Shown here: positions 14,360 to 26,619 of the stretch, piece by piece
How positions within the stretch are numbered: the first letter of the stretch is position 1
How the letters are laid out: the number at the start of each line of letters is the position of its first letter
Assembly (NCBI RefSeq): GCF_001194135.2
Contig: NC_068984.1
Coordinates: 21,238,965-21,302,964, forward strand
From: Octopus bimaculoides
Taxonomy: Eukaryota
DNA length: 64,000 bases
Direction: 5' to 3'
Translations under genes and position numbers: made by a program
Notes under the pieces: generated by a model
What the model was told of the DNA's origin: nothing
Seen by the model: the letters and a program-made list of their open reading frames with translations, nothing else
Database searches by the model: none

Positions 14360-15356
14360 GTGTTAACTGGAATGACTCGTGTACTGAGAAGAGCATTATC
14401 GCTGTGAAAACAACATCCATTCATGAATTTATTTATTTATTAATTTTTTTAAATACATATTTTACCTGTGAATTTGCATGTGTAATCTGGGAATGCATAC
14501 AATGAGCTTCTCTGCCCTAGGTGTACGGAAAACACTCAGCAAGAAATGGAAGAAAATTTGAAGAAAGAAAAAAAAAAATAATAATAATAATAACCTTTTC
14601 TGTTATAAGCACAAGACCTGAAAAATGTTTATAGGGGGGTGGTGGGGTAAGTCAATCACATTAACACCAGGACTCAACTGGTACTTATTTAATTAACTAA
14701 GAAAGATGAAAGGCAAAGTCAACCATAGCAGAATTTGAACGCAGAACGTAAAGGTGGAAGAAGAAATGCTGCTAAGCAGTTTGACCAGTGTGCTAACAAA
14801 TCTGCCAGCTTTCCATCTTAGTAAAAGTAATAATAAATAAATAAATAAATTATTAAAAAAACTATATAAATTAGTTAATAAATAAATAAATAAAAATAAT
14901 GATATACTACTATAGCCTTGGGCCAACCAAAGCCTTGTGAGTGGATTTGATAGGAAGAAACTAAAAGAAGCCCATTGTATGTATGTATGCTTGTATGTAT
15001 GTATTCTTGTATGTATGTATGATTGTATGTATGTATGATTGTATGTATTTGTGTCTGCATTTGTTCCCCACCCCCACATCCATTGACAACTGGTGTTGGT
15101 GTGTTTATGTCCCCACAACTTAGCAGTTTGACAAAAGAGACCGATAGAATAAGTACTAGGGTTACAAAGAATAAGTCCTGGGATCGATTTGTTCAACTAA
15201 AGGCGGTGCTCCAACATGGCCACTGTTAAATGACTGGAACAAATAAAAGAATAGGTTTTATGGTAAGAATGTCCTACTCACCTTTTGGCCCACTGGATGC
15301 TTGTAATGGCCCTCCTAAGATTGCCATTCCACTGGTGGAAGTATCTGATATGCAAG
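222..15356 (-). CDS. FRMD8: FERM domain-containing protein 8 (iTAP/Bili-like), spliced gene model, 3'-partial; exons 15356-15282, 11004-10834, 8963-8862, 7841-7783, 5881-5715, 4114-3911, 1676-1547, 371-222
   Basis: Manual splicing gives one open frame with matching intron phases (1,1,1,0,2,2,0) and GT-AG ends. Motifs match human FRMD8 as recalled: FSLWLVSPSLE (FALWLVSPLLE), LQRNVFYSK (FRRNVFFPK), LLYHEAQYNVL (LLYEEAKGNVL), PFYGSAYF (PFYGCAFF), EMSWH (ELSWD), TKLLEINSRQ (NKLLKIYSKQ). Confidence 0.92.
1547..1676 (-). CDS. FRMD8: FRMD8 exon: (G)SAYFSAVVDRPTSKLQMVFGVHSMHVWVCINTEGVCIIEKDKD
   Basis: Acceptor ttttcctattgaag|G, donor GAT|gtaaga, 130 nt, phase 2-0; matches CAFFHGEVDKP...VAISLEGVHVID. 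Absent from the ORF track. Confidence 0.92.
2920..3240 (+). mobile_element. Degraded RTE-like LINE fragment (post-RT region)
   Basis: Remnant similarity to ISSGGGCSE..W.KF.EL; heavily decayed. Confidence 0.45.
3911..4114 (-). CDS. FRMD8: FRMD8 exon: (R)HNLERFYPEFLCKRRW...KMYLQLLWNTPFY(G)
   Basis: Acceptor tctgttttag|G, donor GG|gtaagt, 204 nt, phase 2-2; lies inside ORF 3907-4158; the PFYG motif marks the FERM F2/F3 boundary. Confidence 0.92.
4510..4930 (+). mobile_element. RTE-LINE-derived 3' end/SINE-like element with internal tandem units and (GAT)n tail
   Basis: ggaagggcatccagctgtagaaac...ggacgttaaacgacgatgatgatg. The same family recurs at 8108-8440, 20490-20640, 24660-24960, 50400-50690 and 63490-64000 (last four reversed). 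Confidence 0.8.
5715..5881 (-). CDS. FRMD8: FRMD8 exon: LNDETTLSLLYHEAQYNVLEGRYVVDKLDYDELAAIQFIIEEGNLIGVKGLTQNQ(R)
   Basis: Acceptor ttttgtatag|CTT, donor AG|gttggt (required for phase), 167 nt, phase 0-2; FERM F2 helix LLY.EA..NVL..RY. Confidence 0.9.
6361..6575 (+). mobile_element. tRNA-derived SINE with Nin-like central domain
   Basis: Head ggtgagctggcagaaacattagcac..gttcaaattcc; core ctttcatcctttcaggggttgataaattaagtaccag. Many copies, e.g. 860-975, 12490-12900, 19240-19780, 22760-22950, 51990-52330. Confidence 0.75.
6659..6724. repeat. 15-bp minisatellite GACAACCCAATAGAG x4 + partial
   Basis: Direct inspection; explains the WVVLY repeats in ORF 6614-6850. Confidence 0.95.
7356..7512. 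repeat. Inverted repeat/hairpin, ~66-bp arms, in a FRMD8 intron
   Basis: atttaaaactgcttgatttagttcc...tttcgcaggctccctaatgggatcctga vs tcaggctcccattaggagcctgcgaaa...aaccaaatcaaacagttttaaat. Confidence 0.9.
7783..7841 (-). CDS. FRMD8: FRMD8 exon: (D)TPLLMLQRNVFYSKEEEMK
   Basis: Acceptor tttcattccag|AT, donor AAA|gtaagt, 59 nt, phase 1-0; matches DEPFLQFRRNVFFPK. Confidence 0.92.
8862..8963 (-). CDS. FRMD8: FRMD8 exon: (E)LRLKKNHRPYYLVQQWQELCKLYTDQKAEYKLR(D)
   Basis: Acceptor aaatcctag|AA, donor G|gtgagc, 102 nt, phase 1-1; matches [21 protein letters not shown]. Confidence 0.92.
10834..11004 (-). CDS. FRMD8: FRMD8 exon, FERM F1 start: (D)VLELCIYLRDQTVIPLKV...AANVFSLWLVSPSL(E)
   Basis: Acceptor tagtttcag|AT, donor G|gtaagt, 171 nt, phase 1-1; matches DVLVYLADDTVVPL...VFALWLVSPLL. 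Confidence 0.92.
11537..11827 (+). mobile_element. tRNA-derived SINE (OR-like head) with (AAC)n tail
   Basis: A-box tggcctagtggttag, B-box gggttcgaatctc; head shared with 52445. Confidence 0.75.
15282..15356 (-). CDS. FRMD8: FRMD8 N-terminal exon: (x)CISDTSTSGMAILGGPLQASSGPK(D); contains an in-frame ATG
   Basis: Very strong polypyrimidine acceptor (ctttcttttcttttctttttccag), donor AAAG|gtgagt, 75 nt, phase 1-1, open and in phase with the next exon. No recognisable homology, so the assignment rests on splice signals and phase. Confidence 0.75.
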
Positions 15357-16786
15357 CTGGAAAAAGAAAAGAAAAGAAAGGAGATAAAAGTGTTGCTGTT
15401 TTTATTGTTGTTAAACATAGGGAGACCTATGATCAAAAACAAAGGATGAAGTGCTTATGATGGACTACAAAATCATGAGACAACAGACAGAGAGACTGAG
15501 GCAATGTAGGTATCAAATTCAGGTGATTTGATACACCTGTTTGAGGTGCAAATAGAATTAACCTTTTAGTGTTCAGATTACTCTGTTAAATGTAATACTT
15601 TTTCACTCAAATTGTTTTGAATTAATCATGCATTATCTTATAGCTTTGAGGTTTCAATGATGTGATTGTTTATTTTTAGAATGTCAATGTAGGTGTGAGA
15701 GGCTAGATATCGCCAGTTTAAATATAAAACATGTAGAATATCTGGGCCTGATATGGCCGGTTTAAAGTACATAGAATTCTGTGTATAACCAGAAAATAAA
15801 ATACAATGATTAAAATCCCTTGTAGTGGATTTGAACTTGTGACTTTTGAGATGAAAATAATGTGCTACATCTACTCAGCTACTTTGATTCTATGTGACCT
15901 ATTAATTGGATATTTTATCTGTTACTTTGTCAGGTCATACTTGAGGATTTCTGTCTTGGCTAGTACACTCTGTATGCATGTGTGCTTGTGCCCAGTTGCA
16001 TCAGCCAGAAATATGTGCCTGTGCCTGAAATTTCAGGTTACATGGTCTGCTTCTATTGGACTATGAGTATACAGAGGTTGTCTACCAAGTATTTGTACAT
16101 GGACCAGATAGAGTTAAAGCGGTGGTTTTGGAGTATTAGTAGCTAACGATTTGAAATTAACTGGTAGGGTGTTTCTTTGATGGAACCAAAACAACAGATC
16201 AGCTTCCCTGCTGATGCATGCAGATTGTTGCAACATATGCAGCTTTTCACAGAGGCAAAGTTAGCAATTATGAGCTTCAGGTAAAGTGAGGTAGAAGGAG
16301 CCATGTCAAGGATGCTCCATGTGATTCTAGGGAAGTGGTTTCTTTGGTCCCAGAGTTTCCAGATGAAGCAAGATAGGGAGGTTGAGTTTTTCCATGCACA
16401 TTAAGTAATATATATGTTGTGTGAACATTCCCTTGAAATCATTAGCTATTAAACATGCATAGTTTCTAAGGATACAATCAGGTGATGTGATGGGTATCTA
16501 TAAACCACAGCCTTTGAGGCTTGAGCAGTTGCATGTAGGGGAATTAGGTGTGGTCAGCAAAGGTACATACTCATTTTAAACAGATAATGGAGTAAGGAAC
16601 AGAACTTCAGCCACACAAATTGTTTAAAGACACATGACATTGGCGTAGTAAGGTTTTAAACCATGTACTTCTATACTAAATGCACATTGTAGGAGAATAT
16701 AGCCAATCCTTTTCTCTTTAAATAATATGTAATAGGAATGAATTACTTCAGATACATTTTTCTAGCCCTGACTACCCTCAATCATC

Positions 16787-16950
16787 TTGAAACAATTCCA
16801 TTAGTTTTCTAACTTAACCATCCTTAAGAATCTTGGAATCATTCAAAGTTTTCTAACTTGGCTATACTTAACCATCTTGGAACCATTCCACTAATTTCAT
16901 AACCTGGCCATCCATAACCATCTCAGAACCATTTTACTATTTTTCTAGTG
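16787..16950. repeat. Degenerate ~43-bp tandem repeat, about 4 units
   Basis: Recurrent atcttggaaccattcca...ttttctaact motifs. Confidence 0.6.
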
Positions 16951-18399
16951 AGAGATATTGGCTGAATTACAGAGAAACAGGATAAATGACAACATGGATG
17001 TCATTTATGAGTGAGCCTTAAAACAAAAATGAATTAAATCTAACATCACAATGTCCAAGAATAACATTAACAAACCAAGTAGATAGACATATTCCTAGTA
17101 AATATTTTGTCTTCCTGGTCTCTTTTTAGAAATTCTTTTTAGTACAGAGAGAGAGAAGTACCCATATCCTTTTTTAGGGTCTATAAATCTGCTGTGAGTG
17201 AAGGATGATTTTCTCAAACCAAAGACTTGGCTTGAATCTGGCTTGCCAACAGATAGGTTCTGCTAAAAGCATCCAAAAACCGGTTGATGGTGTTAAACAG
17301 AGCAACAGATTTAGTTCCCCCTACCCACCACAAGCAGGCTTTGGTAGGATATGAACTCAGAACACAAAGAGGTGAAACAAATAAACAAATCATGATTTGT
17401 TATAAACAAACCCTACATGTTACAAAGTTTCAGTCATTAGAATCCCTTTCAAGGGTTTTAGTTTATCATATTCACCCCCAAGTACTTATTTTGCTCTGGT
17501 ATTGAAATATATCTTATTTCACTGATATCTGTTTATTGACATAAAGAGACACAGCTTGACACCAGTCTACACCAACACACTACACATAAGAACTTTCTAC
17601 ACAGTATTTGTCAACTAAATTCCACTCAGTGCATCTGCAGTAAAAATCACTTGCCCAAGGTGCCATGCAATAGCACCAACCTTAACCACACGGCAATATC
17701 TGCACAATTATGCAACCAAATATGAACAGCGTACAAGCAATGCTATACAACAAAATTCATCGACCATGACCTACAATACAAACAATAAAAATAACACTTG
17801 TTGACCCAGGTTTTATGAACAGTGATGTAGTATGAAGAATTTATATTATAGTATGAAGCATTTTTACTTTAAAAAGTATGTGAGTGAGAAGTAGTATCTT
17901 CTCAACAGATTAATTCCCAATAAAAAAGAAAGAAAGAATGGTCTGTTTATGCAGCTCACATCCATCAAAATACACAACTACTACTACTATAGAATGATGA
18001 ATCAAAGAACAATATACATAGAAGTAAATGTTAATAGACAATTTAATTTGAGTAACATACCCACTGACATCTATGAACCTGTTGCTCTTTTTCATATCAA
18101 AGTGAGGCTTATGTTTACAGGAAAAAATCATAGCATGAGCTCCAAATATCAAGAAGTGTTAGACATATACAATTAATGTGTATTATATATCCAACACAAA
18201 GGCTGTGAGCTGGCAGAATTACTAGAGCTTTGGAAAAAAATGCTTTGTGGTATATCTTCTGGTTCGTTATGTTCTGAGTTCAAATCCCTCTGAGCTCAAC
18301 ATGCATTTTATCCTTTCAGAGTAGTCATCAAGTACTGGAGTTAATGGTATCAACAAATACCATACCCCTAATTTCTAGCTTTGTACCTTCCTCCTCTTC

Positions 18400-19080
18400 C
18401 CCTTTTCTATCCCTTGACTGCATGGTCCTTGGGGCATCCGTTGATGATATCGCTACCAGACTTCATTCAGTCTTCTGTGAGTCAGCAAAATTGAGGCCTG
18501 CCCAGTCTTTGATGTTAACCTGAGCAACAACTGATCCAGTAGGGGTTCTGGTCTGGTTGTTACCATCATGAATTTATTGGCAAGTTAGCTTGGTAGTGCT
18601 CATTCCTCCCCAGGTTGTTAGCCACAACTGTACGTTTCTACCAAAGACATGCCAAGGCCCCAAACACTTAGCCATTGACCCAAACAGGTTCCTCTGCCCT
18701 GGCCAGTCACTCTTTGGGAAGACTTACTTGAAGTCTTTCACCTACTGGTGCAGTTTAACACCGCTTCATCACTTGGGTTAGCCCCAAACACTTAGCCATT
18801 GACTTAAGCAGGTTTCTCTGCCCTGGCCAGTCACTCTTTGGGAAGACTTACTTGAAGATTTTCACCTACAGGTGCAGTGTTAACACTGCCTCATCACTTG
18901 GATTAGCCTAACAGCAAAAGTGGGGTACTGGCGTGTGGTTCTAGGAAACATCAAGTGAGAAATTAGGAGTTGAATGAGGACCAGTGATGCCTGTCCACCT
19001 GACCATCCCTGGCAAGGTGCAGCAGTCAGATAACAAACGCGCTATCTCTATTCAGAATCCCCTACACCCTTGTGCCTAAG
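18400..19080 (-). mobile_element. RTE-like non-autonomous element with an internal 124-bp tandem duplication (18657-18907)
   Basis: gccccaaacacttagccattgac... starts at 18657 and 18781; the left flank resembles an RTE 3' end. Confidence 0.5.
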
Positions 19081-21241
19081 AAACAATTATATATCTAACA
19101 CAAACTTGCATCACAAGATACACACAAAATCTATAGAATTTTTTTCTTTTTTATGCCAACACCTAAATTGAAAAACTTTGAAAATGTATGGAAATGAATA
19201 ATAATCAAGAAAGAATATATAGTGAAAATAAAATAAAAGAACCTGCTGCAGCAGGATTTGAACTCTGAATGCAAAGAACTTCAACAAAGACAGCAAAGGT
19301 ATTTAACCAATGCTCTTAGCAATTCAGTCAATCCACTGCCATTTTAAATAATTAGTTTCTAATTAAGGGACAAGGCCAGAAATTTAAGCATTTTGTCCAG
19401 AATGCTAATAACCCTTTCTACTATAGGCACAAGACCTGACATTTTAGGGGACGGGGGCCACTCAATTACATTGATCCCCGTATTCAATTAGTACTTATTT
19501 TATCGACCCAAAAGACTGAAAGGCAAAGTTGACCTCAGAATGTAAAGACAAATGAAATGCTGCTAAGCATTTTGTCCTGTGTGTTAATAGTAACAATAAT
19601 AATAATCCTTTTTAATATAAGCACAAGGCCTGAAATTTGGGGAAGAGGGATAGTCGATTACATCGACTCTGGTGCTCAATTGCTACTTATTTTATAGACC
19701 CCGGAAGGATGAAAGGTAAAGTCAACCTTGGCAGAGGCGAAATTCCACAATGCAGTTTGCACGGTGTGCTAACGATTCAGCCAAAATTACATCATAAGTA
19801 TCAATTAGTAAAATAAATTTTAAAATGTATAAGTAAACTGATCCACATAAAACATGTTATTTTTTGTAATCTATTGGAGAAGATTACCTATGATTTCCAC
19901 ACAAATGTCAATTATTTCTAGAGCAAATTATCTTTGATTATAAAAAAAAAAAAACATACACAAAAACACCCCAAAAACAATGATATAAATAAAACATGAC
20001 ATTTGAGCACAAAAAAACAAAAACAAAGATTTAAAAATAAATAATTCTCTCAATATTATCTAACAGTAACTAATAAGATGGTAAAAATGACTCAGAAATA
20101 TCTATAAAGAAAAAGAATGAATCAGAAACTTATTTTAGTATAACAGGAACTAGTTGTCATAGGTGTTTATGCTGTTACTATTAGTCATGTAAAATTATAT
20201 TCCTTCCTCTCAACCACCCACCCACCCAGGTAATTTGGAAACATGTTTTATTACCTCTGCCTTAACGAAGGTGGGGGCATTGTTTTCAGACGTATTTGAT
20301 TGTTTATTTGTCCGTGGACAAGATATCTCAAGACCTGCTGGATGGATTCAGATGAAATTTTTAGGGATGTTTGGCCTCGTGACTGGAACAAACTGATTAG
20401 ATTCTGGGATTGATCCAGTACTTGACAAAGATTCTAGATTATTTTTCCTGCATGTATATATATATATATATATATATATCTATCATCATCATCATCATCG
20501 TTTAACGTCCGCTTTCCATGCTAGCATGGGTTGGACGATTTGACTGAGGACTGGTGAAACCGGATGGCAACACCAGGCTCCAGTCTGATTTGGCAGAGTT
20601 TCTACAGCTGGATGCCCTTCCTAACGCCAACCACTCAGCGGGTGTTAAATGATGATGATCATTATCATCATTTAATATCTGCTTTCCATGCTAGAATGGA
20701 TTGAGTGATTTGACAGGATCCAATGAGCTGGAGAACTGTGTTGAACTCCAATGTCTGCTTTGGCATGGTTTCTGCTACTGGATGCCCTCTCTAACAGCAA
20801 CGACTATAAAATTTACTGGGGACATTTTTTTTTGTGACACTAGCATTAGAGAGATCTCCACAGAAGCTTCTTACATTATATAGGAGTGAGTGGGAGTAGA
20901 TAAAGACGTTGGTGGTTAGGTGTAAGAGCATATTCTCCAGGTACATGAAGGTGAGTGTGAAAGAAAATATGGACTAAAGCTCAGGAGTGGGGATGGACAA
21001 GTTCATAACGGTGTAAGTAGAGAGTGACAGGCGGTTAGAGATGGTGGCGGGTAAAGGTTAATATAGTGAATGATGTACCAGGGTAGCAGTGTGGTCAATG
21101 GCAAATGTCAGTAGGGGGGGGGGTGAAGTGGAAGAAATCTCTCAAAGTCAGGGTGAATATAGGAAGAGCAGAGAGCAGCAGTATAATAAACCTAGATAGA
21201 TAAAAAGATAGTTGCTTAAGAAAATAGTTGCAGCAGGAGAG

Positions 21242-21312
<71 letters not shown>

Positions 21313-22384
21313 TACAGGGAATGAGATGGAAATCAAAGGTACATGGTGGTGGTTATAGTGAGGGACAAAGGTGGGTGGGTTAGCTGTTGACAAATGTGAA
21401 AGGTGGTTGAGAGTGGAAGCAGATATATATAAGGTATGGCAGCATATAAGTGTGTGTGCGTGCATGCACATGCGTGAGTGTACATGTATGTGTGTGTGTG
21501 TGTGTGAGTGTGTGTGCGTGCTTATGCGTGTGTGTACACGTGTATATTTATACATTTCTGCTTCTGAAAAATCATTGGCTGTAAGCAAGTGACATCATTG
21601 TCATTTCCCTGACTACGCTTTCAAAGTTGAGTGCAATAAGAGAACCTTTACTCGAAAAACAGGTTAAGGTCGACTTCAACAATATATTCATCTAACTCAT
21701 GCTAACTTGGAAAAACACACGTAAAAATAAAAAGAAACAAACAAAACAAACAAAAGAATAAATAATGTTGGATGTGGGTGAATATATCAATTATTTCTTT
21801 AATTACCATTGTGTGCATATGTGAGAAAGATCACGGTTGTGTGCATAAGCAGTTTCAGATCCAGTGCTTCTGTGCAGTAATTTGGATAAGTCTTCAACCA
21901 TGAAATATGAAAGATATATACTGATGATGATAGTGATGGCGATGATAGATACTACTAGTGGAAGCCTGTCAGAGTTACTAGAGTTATCGTTCCTGTCCTT
22001 TGAGGCAGTCGTAACCCATCACCTAATTCACTACAACCATCTAGGGCTTGGGCGCGCCTCCAGTGGGGTTCATTCTACTGGATACATGCAAAGTGGGTAT
22101 CCAGTCTACTCTGGGATAGCCTCCTTCCTTCCTTCCTTACAGCATTCTCAGAGGACACGAAAAAGGTCATGGGCATTGCCCTTCCTCTTTAAACTAAAAG
22201 GATAAATTTTTTTATTTCTTCAAATGTGTATATGTGTATTTACGTACACCTTTGGCTGTACATATATGCGTATGTATATATGTGTATATGAGTATATATA
22301 CACATACACACACACATGTATCCTGTACACAAACACATACATACACACAAATACCAGTATAATATCAGCAAGATAAGCATAAAA

Positions 22385-22617
22385 GGCGGCGAGCTGGCAG
22401 AAACGTTAGCACACCGGGCGAAATGCTTAACGGTATTTCGTCTGCCGCTACGTTCTGAGTTCAAATTCCACCGAGGTCGACTTTGCCTTTCATCCTTTTG
22501 GGGTCGATTAAATAAGTACCAGTTATGCACTGGGGTCGATATAATCGACTTAATCTGTTTGTCTGTCCTTGTTTGTCCCCTCTGTGTGTAGCCCCTTGTG
22601 GGCAGTAAAGAAATAAG
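22385..22617 (+). mobile_element. Young copy of the Nin-like tRNA-derived SINE (CpGs intact)
   Basis: ggcggcgagctggcagaaacgttagcacaccgggcgaaatgc...gttctgagttcaaattcc (A/B-box-like), followed by a second tandem copy. Confidence 0.8.
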
Positions 22618-23843
22618 ATAAGCATTTAAAGCATTGAAAAATCAAATATAAACACTAGAAAGTGGTGGTGATGAGAACTAATGTGATGTTAATAAGTCCA
22701 AAGCAGTTAAGTTGTTGTGTGGAAGGAGTATATCTGACAATATTTACCAGAGTAACAAGACGGTGAGCTGGCAGAAATGCTTAACAGTATTTTGTCTGTC
22801 TTTACGTTCTGAGTTCAAATTCTGCCAAGGTCGACTTTGCCTTTCATCCTTTCAGGGTCGATAAATTAAGTACCAGTTACGTACTGGGGGTCAATCTAAT
22901 TAACTGCACCCCCTCCCCCCAAATTTCAGGCCTTGTGTGTAGAGTAGAAAAGAATATTTACCAGAGTAACATATACAAACCAAGATACATAGATATGTAT
23001 ATAGTCTCTCAGTTTTCAACAGGCACCACCATCAAGGGTCTTTTTAACTGTTTATCAATTTGACCTCATTTATTTCAGTCTGACTGGCATGAATCTTAAA
23101 GGGCAGTAACTCCAAATAACAACTGAACCAGACCTCGATGACCTGTTCACTCTATGGCAACATGGAAAGCCAATATAAAATAATAATGCATACATATAGA
23201 TTATGGAGAAGCCTCAACGACAGTATAAAATCAACAAGACTGAACATGCAGAGAATTAGTCATGTATAAAGTTAAGAGACATTTACTACATGCATGTAAG
23301 GTGTTTGTGCGTAGGTAGACAGTGTAGAGAGACAGGGGTAGGAGCTATGTAGACTTTCAGTTAATTGATTGTTGTTGATCAAACAGATCTATGATCAAAA
23401 AGCATTCCAGGCCTGATCATCCCCTACTTTTCACACATGCGTGCGTGTGTGTGTGTACGGAGAAAGAAAGAGAGAGGAAAAGAAAACTAAAGATGAGAGA
23501 TTGTTTATATGCTATTTAGTGACATTATCTTGAGTATGTTTCATTAAAACAAGGTGATTATTTGTTATGTTATGTAAATTAGATAATGAAGACACTGGCA
23601 AATCATCAGAGATGTGTAGTTTCCTTACATAACATAATTGGACTATTGAAATGTTGGCAGAATTAACCATCATGGTTGTGTGGTTGAGGTATTTGCTCAA
23701 CAAGCATGTAGTAGTGAGATCAATACTACTCTGTGGCATCTTGGGTTTGTGCCATCTAAGATCGCTGAAGGCTGACCAATGCCTTGTCAGTGAATTTGGT
23801 CAAAACTTGTGGCAACCCATGTGTGAGTGTAGATACATGCACA

Positions 23844-23879
<36 letters not shown>

Positions 23880-26081
23880 TCTGTATATATCTACATATTT
23901 ACTATATATATCATCATCATTATTTAATGTCCGTTTTCTATGTTGGCATGGGTTGGATGGTTTGACTGAAAACTGGTAAGTTGCACCAGGTTCCGATCTG
24001 ATTTGACAAGGTTTCTATGGCTGGATGCCCTTCCTGATACCAACCATTCCAAGAGTGCAGAGGGTGCTTTTTACATGTCACTGGCATGGGTGCCATTGAC
24101 CTGACACCAGCATCAGCCATGACTAGGGTCTCACTTGGGCCCCTTTTCTGGTGGCATGAAAAAGCACCCACTACACTCTTGGAGTGGTTGTTAACAGGAG
24201 CCAGTGAAGTAGAGGGTTATATCATGTTCCATTGTCTGCTTTGGCATGGTTTTTAATGCTGGATGCCCTCCATAATATCAACAACTTTACAAGGAGCACT
24301 GGCAGCTTTTTTCATGGCATCAATAACAGTGAGGTCACCAAAAAATTCAGAAGTCAAGATCACTCAATTGAGTAGGGAAATTGTACTGAGGGAATGGCTT
24401 TGTCCCAAGTGATGGGAGGTTAAAATATGATAGAGGGACAAAAACAGCTACCTTGGCTATCCCAGTTAGAAAAAGTGAGAGAGAGAGAGATACAAAAGTT
24501 GGTGATGAAGATGTGTCAGGATGTTCCTCAAGTCACAGGGAGGTGGATGTTAGTGAAGTAGAACAGTGGATTAGACAGGGTATGTAAGTATATTTGGGAG
24601 TGTGCCAAAGGTGAGTATGAGACAGAAAGAACATTTCAGATCTAATTTATGTTGTATCATCATCATCATCATTTAATGTCCGCTTTCCAGGCTGGCATGA
24701 GTTGGATGGTTTGACTGAGGACTGGCAAGCCAGGAGGCTGCACCAGGCTCCAATCTGATCTGGCAAGGTTTCTAAAGCTGGATGCCCTTCTTAATGCCAA
24801 CCACTCTGGGAGTGTAGTGGGTGCGTTTTACATGCCACCGACATGGGGGCCAGTCAGGCAACATTGAATGGTGCTTTTTATGTGCCACCAGCACAGGTGC
24901 CAGTCAGGCGGCACTGGCATCGACCACGCTTGAATGGTGCCTTTTATGTGGCACTGGCATTGATTATGCTCAAATGATGCTTTTTACATACCATATATAT
25001 TGTTTAATTAATTCTCAAGCATTTAAAGCAGTCATGTCTGGCCCAAAATATTCTACCTGTTTTATGCTCAAACTGACTAGATTCAACCTTTCACACCTAC
25101 CCTATAATGTCATTCTAAAAATAAACATAACTTTGAAATTTTGAAGCTATGAGATAATGCATGATTAATTCAAAACAATGGTAATAAATAAGCATTACAT
25201 TTGACAGTAATCTGAATGCGAAAGGGTTAATAATGAGCTGTTAAATGCACAAATATCCAAATTAGACTATCCACTAATTTGCCAGCCTAATTTATGACTG
25301 GTTTATTAAGCTACTGGTGATGAAGCCAAGTACTTCTCTGAAGAGCAGTCAACAAATCGGGAAACAGTCCATCAAGAGAAGCCCAGGTTTTGTCAGTATA
25401 TAAATAGTATAGAATAGAATTTGATTTATGGTGTGTTGTATGTGTATATGTATGTGTTTTTGCATTTGTCTCTCACAGCTCGAAATTTGTTATCGGTTTG
25501 TTTGTGGCCCCCATAACCAAACAGTTCAAAAAAGAGAATGATGGAATAATTATCAGACTTCAAATAAGTACCAGGGTTGATATCACAACAAAACCCATCC
25601 AGGAAGTACCCCAGTATAGCTGCAGTCCAATGACAGACAAATAAAGAATAAATAAATACATGTGAGAGTGAGTGAGAGAGTCTGTCCTTCACCTTTTTTT
25701 TTTTTAAAGAAGGTAGGGCAAGTAATTAGACAAAGGTCTAACTGTTATTTCTAGCATCTCCAGCCATCACATAGATACTCCCTCATTGGCTACAGAAGTT
25801 CCAAGTTCCTGGTGCAATGAGGTAACTCTAGTGAGTAATACAGTGAGCAGCAAAGGAGTAGTCAATGAGTAATAAGAGGAAAAGCACTCAGTAGTCAAGG
25901 AGTAGGTAGCGTGTAGACGGATGCTGTCAGTGAACTAGTGAAAATTCAACCAATTAGGGGGAGGGAGAGAGATTTACCTCCTGAATAGGATCCTGTGATG
26001 TGAGGGCAATAGGTCATAAGAGACCAGCAAGTTTACACCTTACCACAAAAATGTATGAGAGAGAGAGCCATGTATGGATTA

Positions 26082-26487
26082 GGCGCAGGAGTGGCTGTGT
26101 GGTAAGTAGCTTGCTTACCAACCACATGGTTCCGGGTTCAGTCCCACTGCATGGCACCTTGGGCAAATGTCTTCTATTATAGCCTTGGGCCAACCAAAGC
26201 CTTGTGAGTGGATTTGGTAGACGGAAACTGAAAGAAGCCCGTCGTATATATGTACATATATATATGTGTGTGTGTATTTGTGTGTCTGTGTTTGTCCCTC
26301 TAGCATTGTTTGACAACCGATGCTGGTGTGTTTATGTCCCCGTCACTTAGCGGTTCGGCAAAAAGAGACCAATAGAATAAGTACTAGGCTTACAAAGAAT
26401 AAGTCCTGGGGTCGATTTGCTCGACTAAAGGTGGTGCTCCAGCATGGCCGCAGTCAAATGACTGAAACATGTAAAGAGAGTAAAGAG
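26082..26487 (+). mobile_element. tRNA-derived SINE with CORE-like motif (ccttgggcaagtgtctt), internal TA/TG microsatellite and gtaaaagag tail
   Basis: Full-length copy. Others at 47485-47885, 55994-56400, 14920-15250 (partial) and 2240-2610 (reverse). Confidence 0.8.
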
Positions 26488-26619
26488 TATTTGCTTCTTT
26501 GGGTCCATTGCACAGCACCCCTTAAGCAAGTGTCTTCTACTATAGCAGTGGAACGGGCAAAGCCTTGTGAGTTGAATTGGTAGACGGAAAGTGAAAGAAG
26601 CCCACCGTATATTATGTGT

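Noticed and set aside
15300-15356. CISDT resemblance to the CLN3 C-terminus
   Set aside because: A five-residue match only; no other CLN3-like exons were found, and the exon is in phase with FRMD8.
17989-18073. C/D-box snoRNA-like pattern: ATGATGA...CTGA with ATAGA/TCTAT terminal stem
   Set aside because: It is on the + strand, antisense to the host intron; I recognise no C'/D' boxes or rRNA guide; such motifs are frequent in this AT-rich sequence.
21864-22205. 113-aa + strand ORF
   Set aside because: No recognisable domain or splice context, antisense to the FRMD8 region; probably repeat-derived.
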